Source: Dendrobates tinctorius
Taxonomy: Eukaryota
Length of the DNA: 64,000 nt
NCBI RefSeq assembly: GCF_039654945.1
Contig: NW_027361696.1
Coordinates: forward strand, 18,290,001 to 18,354,000
Direction: 5' to 3'
Shown here piece after piece: positions 62,491 through 64,000 of this stretch. The notes under the pieces were generated by a model. It was not told where the DNA came from and searched no databases. It worked only from the letters and a program-made list of their open reading frames with translations. Within the stretch, counting starts at the first letter, position 1, and each line of letters opens with the position of its first letter. A program made the position numbers and the translations under genes.

Positions 62491-63162
62491 TGTTGCTCTC
62501 GCACTGAGACGTCCCGGGGCCGGCAGCAGATGTCAGCAGGTCACGGCATACGCCCGTCCACCGTCCGCGGTTCTCATTGGATGACGAGTGACAAACAGCT
62601 GAGCCGTCCCCGGACATCACAATAGTCTTTGGCTGCCAGTGACAGCATTGTGCAGCCTCCGGTCACAGCTGATGGGAGTGGAAACAATGGGGGGTTTTAG
62701 TGAATATCTACCTCCCTCACAATGAACTTCTACTACTCTCATAACTTTGTGTTTCAGTGTATCAGACTTTTAAAGATCTCTGCTTGCGGTCAGTGACCCT
62801 AATGCTTTTCACAGCTGATATTTGTCACAATTGCATCCAGTCTAGGTGATCCTCTGTGAGGACTCCATTGTGCCATAATGAATCGTTACCTGTAAAAATC
62901 TTCACTTTCTGCCAATGAATAGAAATATTCTCCTTTTCTCTACAGTCTATTCCAAACAGCCTGGACTCCAAACGGGTACACTGTAACAAAGCATCTGCTC
63001 AGAATGAGGTTTGTGCGGCTCACGGAGGATACAATAGTAAGAAAAACAAGAACTCTACAATTCACTTACAGCAAGCGGAGATCTAGAAAATAGGGATGAA
63101 GATTACAGAAGCTGTTGTGCAGAGGGACGCAGGGTGGAATATAAGCCAGTGCATGTGTGAGG

Positions 63163-63181
63163 GCATGCTGGGAATTGTAGT
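63163..63181 (-). promoter_or_regulatory. ZNF143/Staf-type site upstream of the CDA coding region
   Basis: Minus strand ACTACAATTCCCAGCATGC matches the consensus, but similar motifs also occur in frog MITEs. Confidence 0.35.
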
Positions 63182-63609
63182 ATCACAACAGCTGCAGGGC
63201 CACAGGTCACAGACCTCGATGAGGCACTGATACTGGTGGGATCAGCATGGGCCGGGAGTGGCAATCAGGGCTGGACTGGGCATCTGGTAATTCTGGCAAA
63301 TACCAGAGGGGCCAATTTGCCATTACCTGCTACACTGTTGACAGTATCGGCATCCTAAGAAATCCAAAAATATTAACAATTGTGACGGCGCACAAAGCCG
63401 CAGGCTCCGCCACGCACCCCAGCAGGTAGCGGGCTTCTGTTCTGTGGTCTGCTGGAGGCAAACATGTGCAGAGGACGCCAGCGGTGTGATGACATCATTG
63501 TATCTCACCGCCATGGCAACTGAGCAATCAGATAGAAGAGGAGACGGAGGCTACGTACAATGAGGTGTCTAGATTAGGAGAGTATAAAGATTTTTTTATT
63601 TTTGAGAGG

Positions 63610-63830
63610 CTATGGGAGCATCATACTATATAGAGGGCTGATGGGAGGGCATCATACTATATAGGGGGTTGTTGGGGGACTGCCATACTATATAGAGGGC
63701 ATCACACTATATAGGGGTGTGTGAGGTGGACCATCATACTACATAGGGTGTTGTCAGGTGAGCCATTATACTATATAGGGTGCTGTTGGGGGGGGGGGGA
63801 CCATCATACTATATAGGGCGTGGTTGGGTG
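63610..63830. repeat. Degenerate CATCATACTATATAGGG repeat
   Basis: About 7 copies of the motif. Confidence 0.7.
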
Positions 63831-63837
63831 ACTATCA

Positions 63838-64000
63838 GGCTATGTGCACACATTGCGGATTCTGCTGCGGATCCGCAGCGTTTTTGGCTTTGCGGAACCG
63901 CAGCAGATTTAGCTGCGTTGTACAGTACCATTGTTTTCAACAATGGTAAAAAGAAAAACGCTGTGCACATGCTGCAGATTTTTCCGTGCGGATTTGCTGC
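63838..64000. mobile_element. Left end of a Harbinger-type MITE (family of 39169-39532)
   Basis: GGCTATGTGCACAC start with CCGCA/TGCGG repeats; runs off the window. Confidence 0.75.

Noticed and set aside
61529-62625. His/Thr/Tyr-rich ORFs
   Set aside because: Translations of minisatellite and (TA)/(CA) microsatellite.

Overview
Vertebrate genomic DNA, almost certainly from a frog (inferred from gene structure and transposon repertoire), not prokaryotic. It holds three intact spliced genes: DNAJC16 (+, 14 coding exons, ~774 aa), AGMAT (-, 7 exons, ~363 aa, GC-AG first intron) and a cytidine deaminase (CDA, -, 4 coding exons, ~166 aa). CDA's last exon lies ~24 kb from exon 3 and only ~1.1 kb upstream of the AGMAT start codon. 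That intron is a nest of mobile DNA: a Penelope-like remnant with a minimal hammerhead ribozyme on the CDA sense strand, a TTAA piggyBac-type element, several Harbinger-type MITEs, and a chromovirus Gypsy provirus. The provirus carries an 11.3 kb hAT transposon with an intact ~1109-aa transposase and a 6 kb tail of long hairpins alternating with 180-bp arrays built on one shared core motif. The left 16 kb holds inverted Gypsy fragments, a solo LTR and two CR1 LINE fragments. In one CR1 the reverse-transcriptase GVPQGSVL motif has expanded into a ~7 kb minisatellite. All coordinates, counts and identities were read by eye; family assignments rest on motifs, not database searches.
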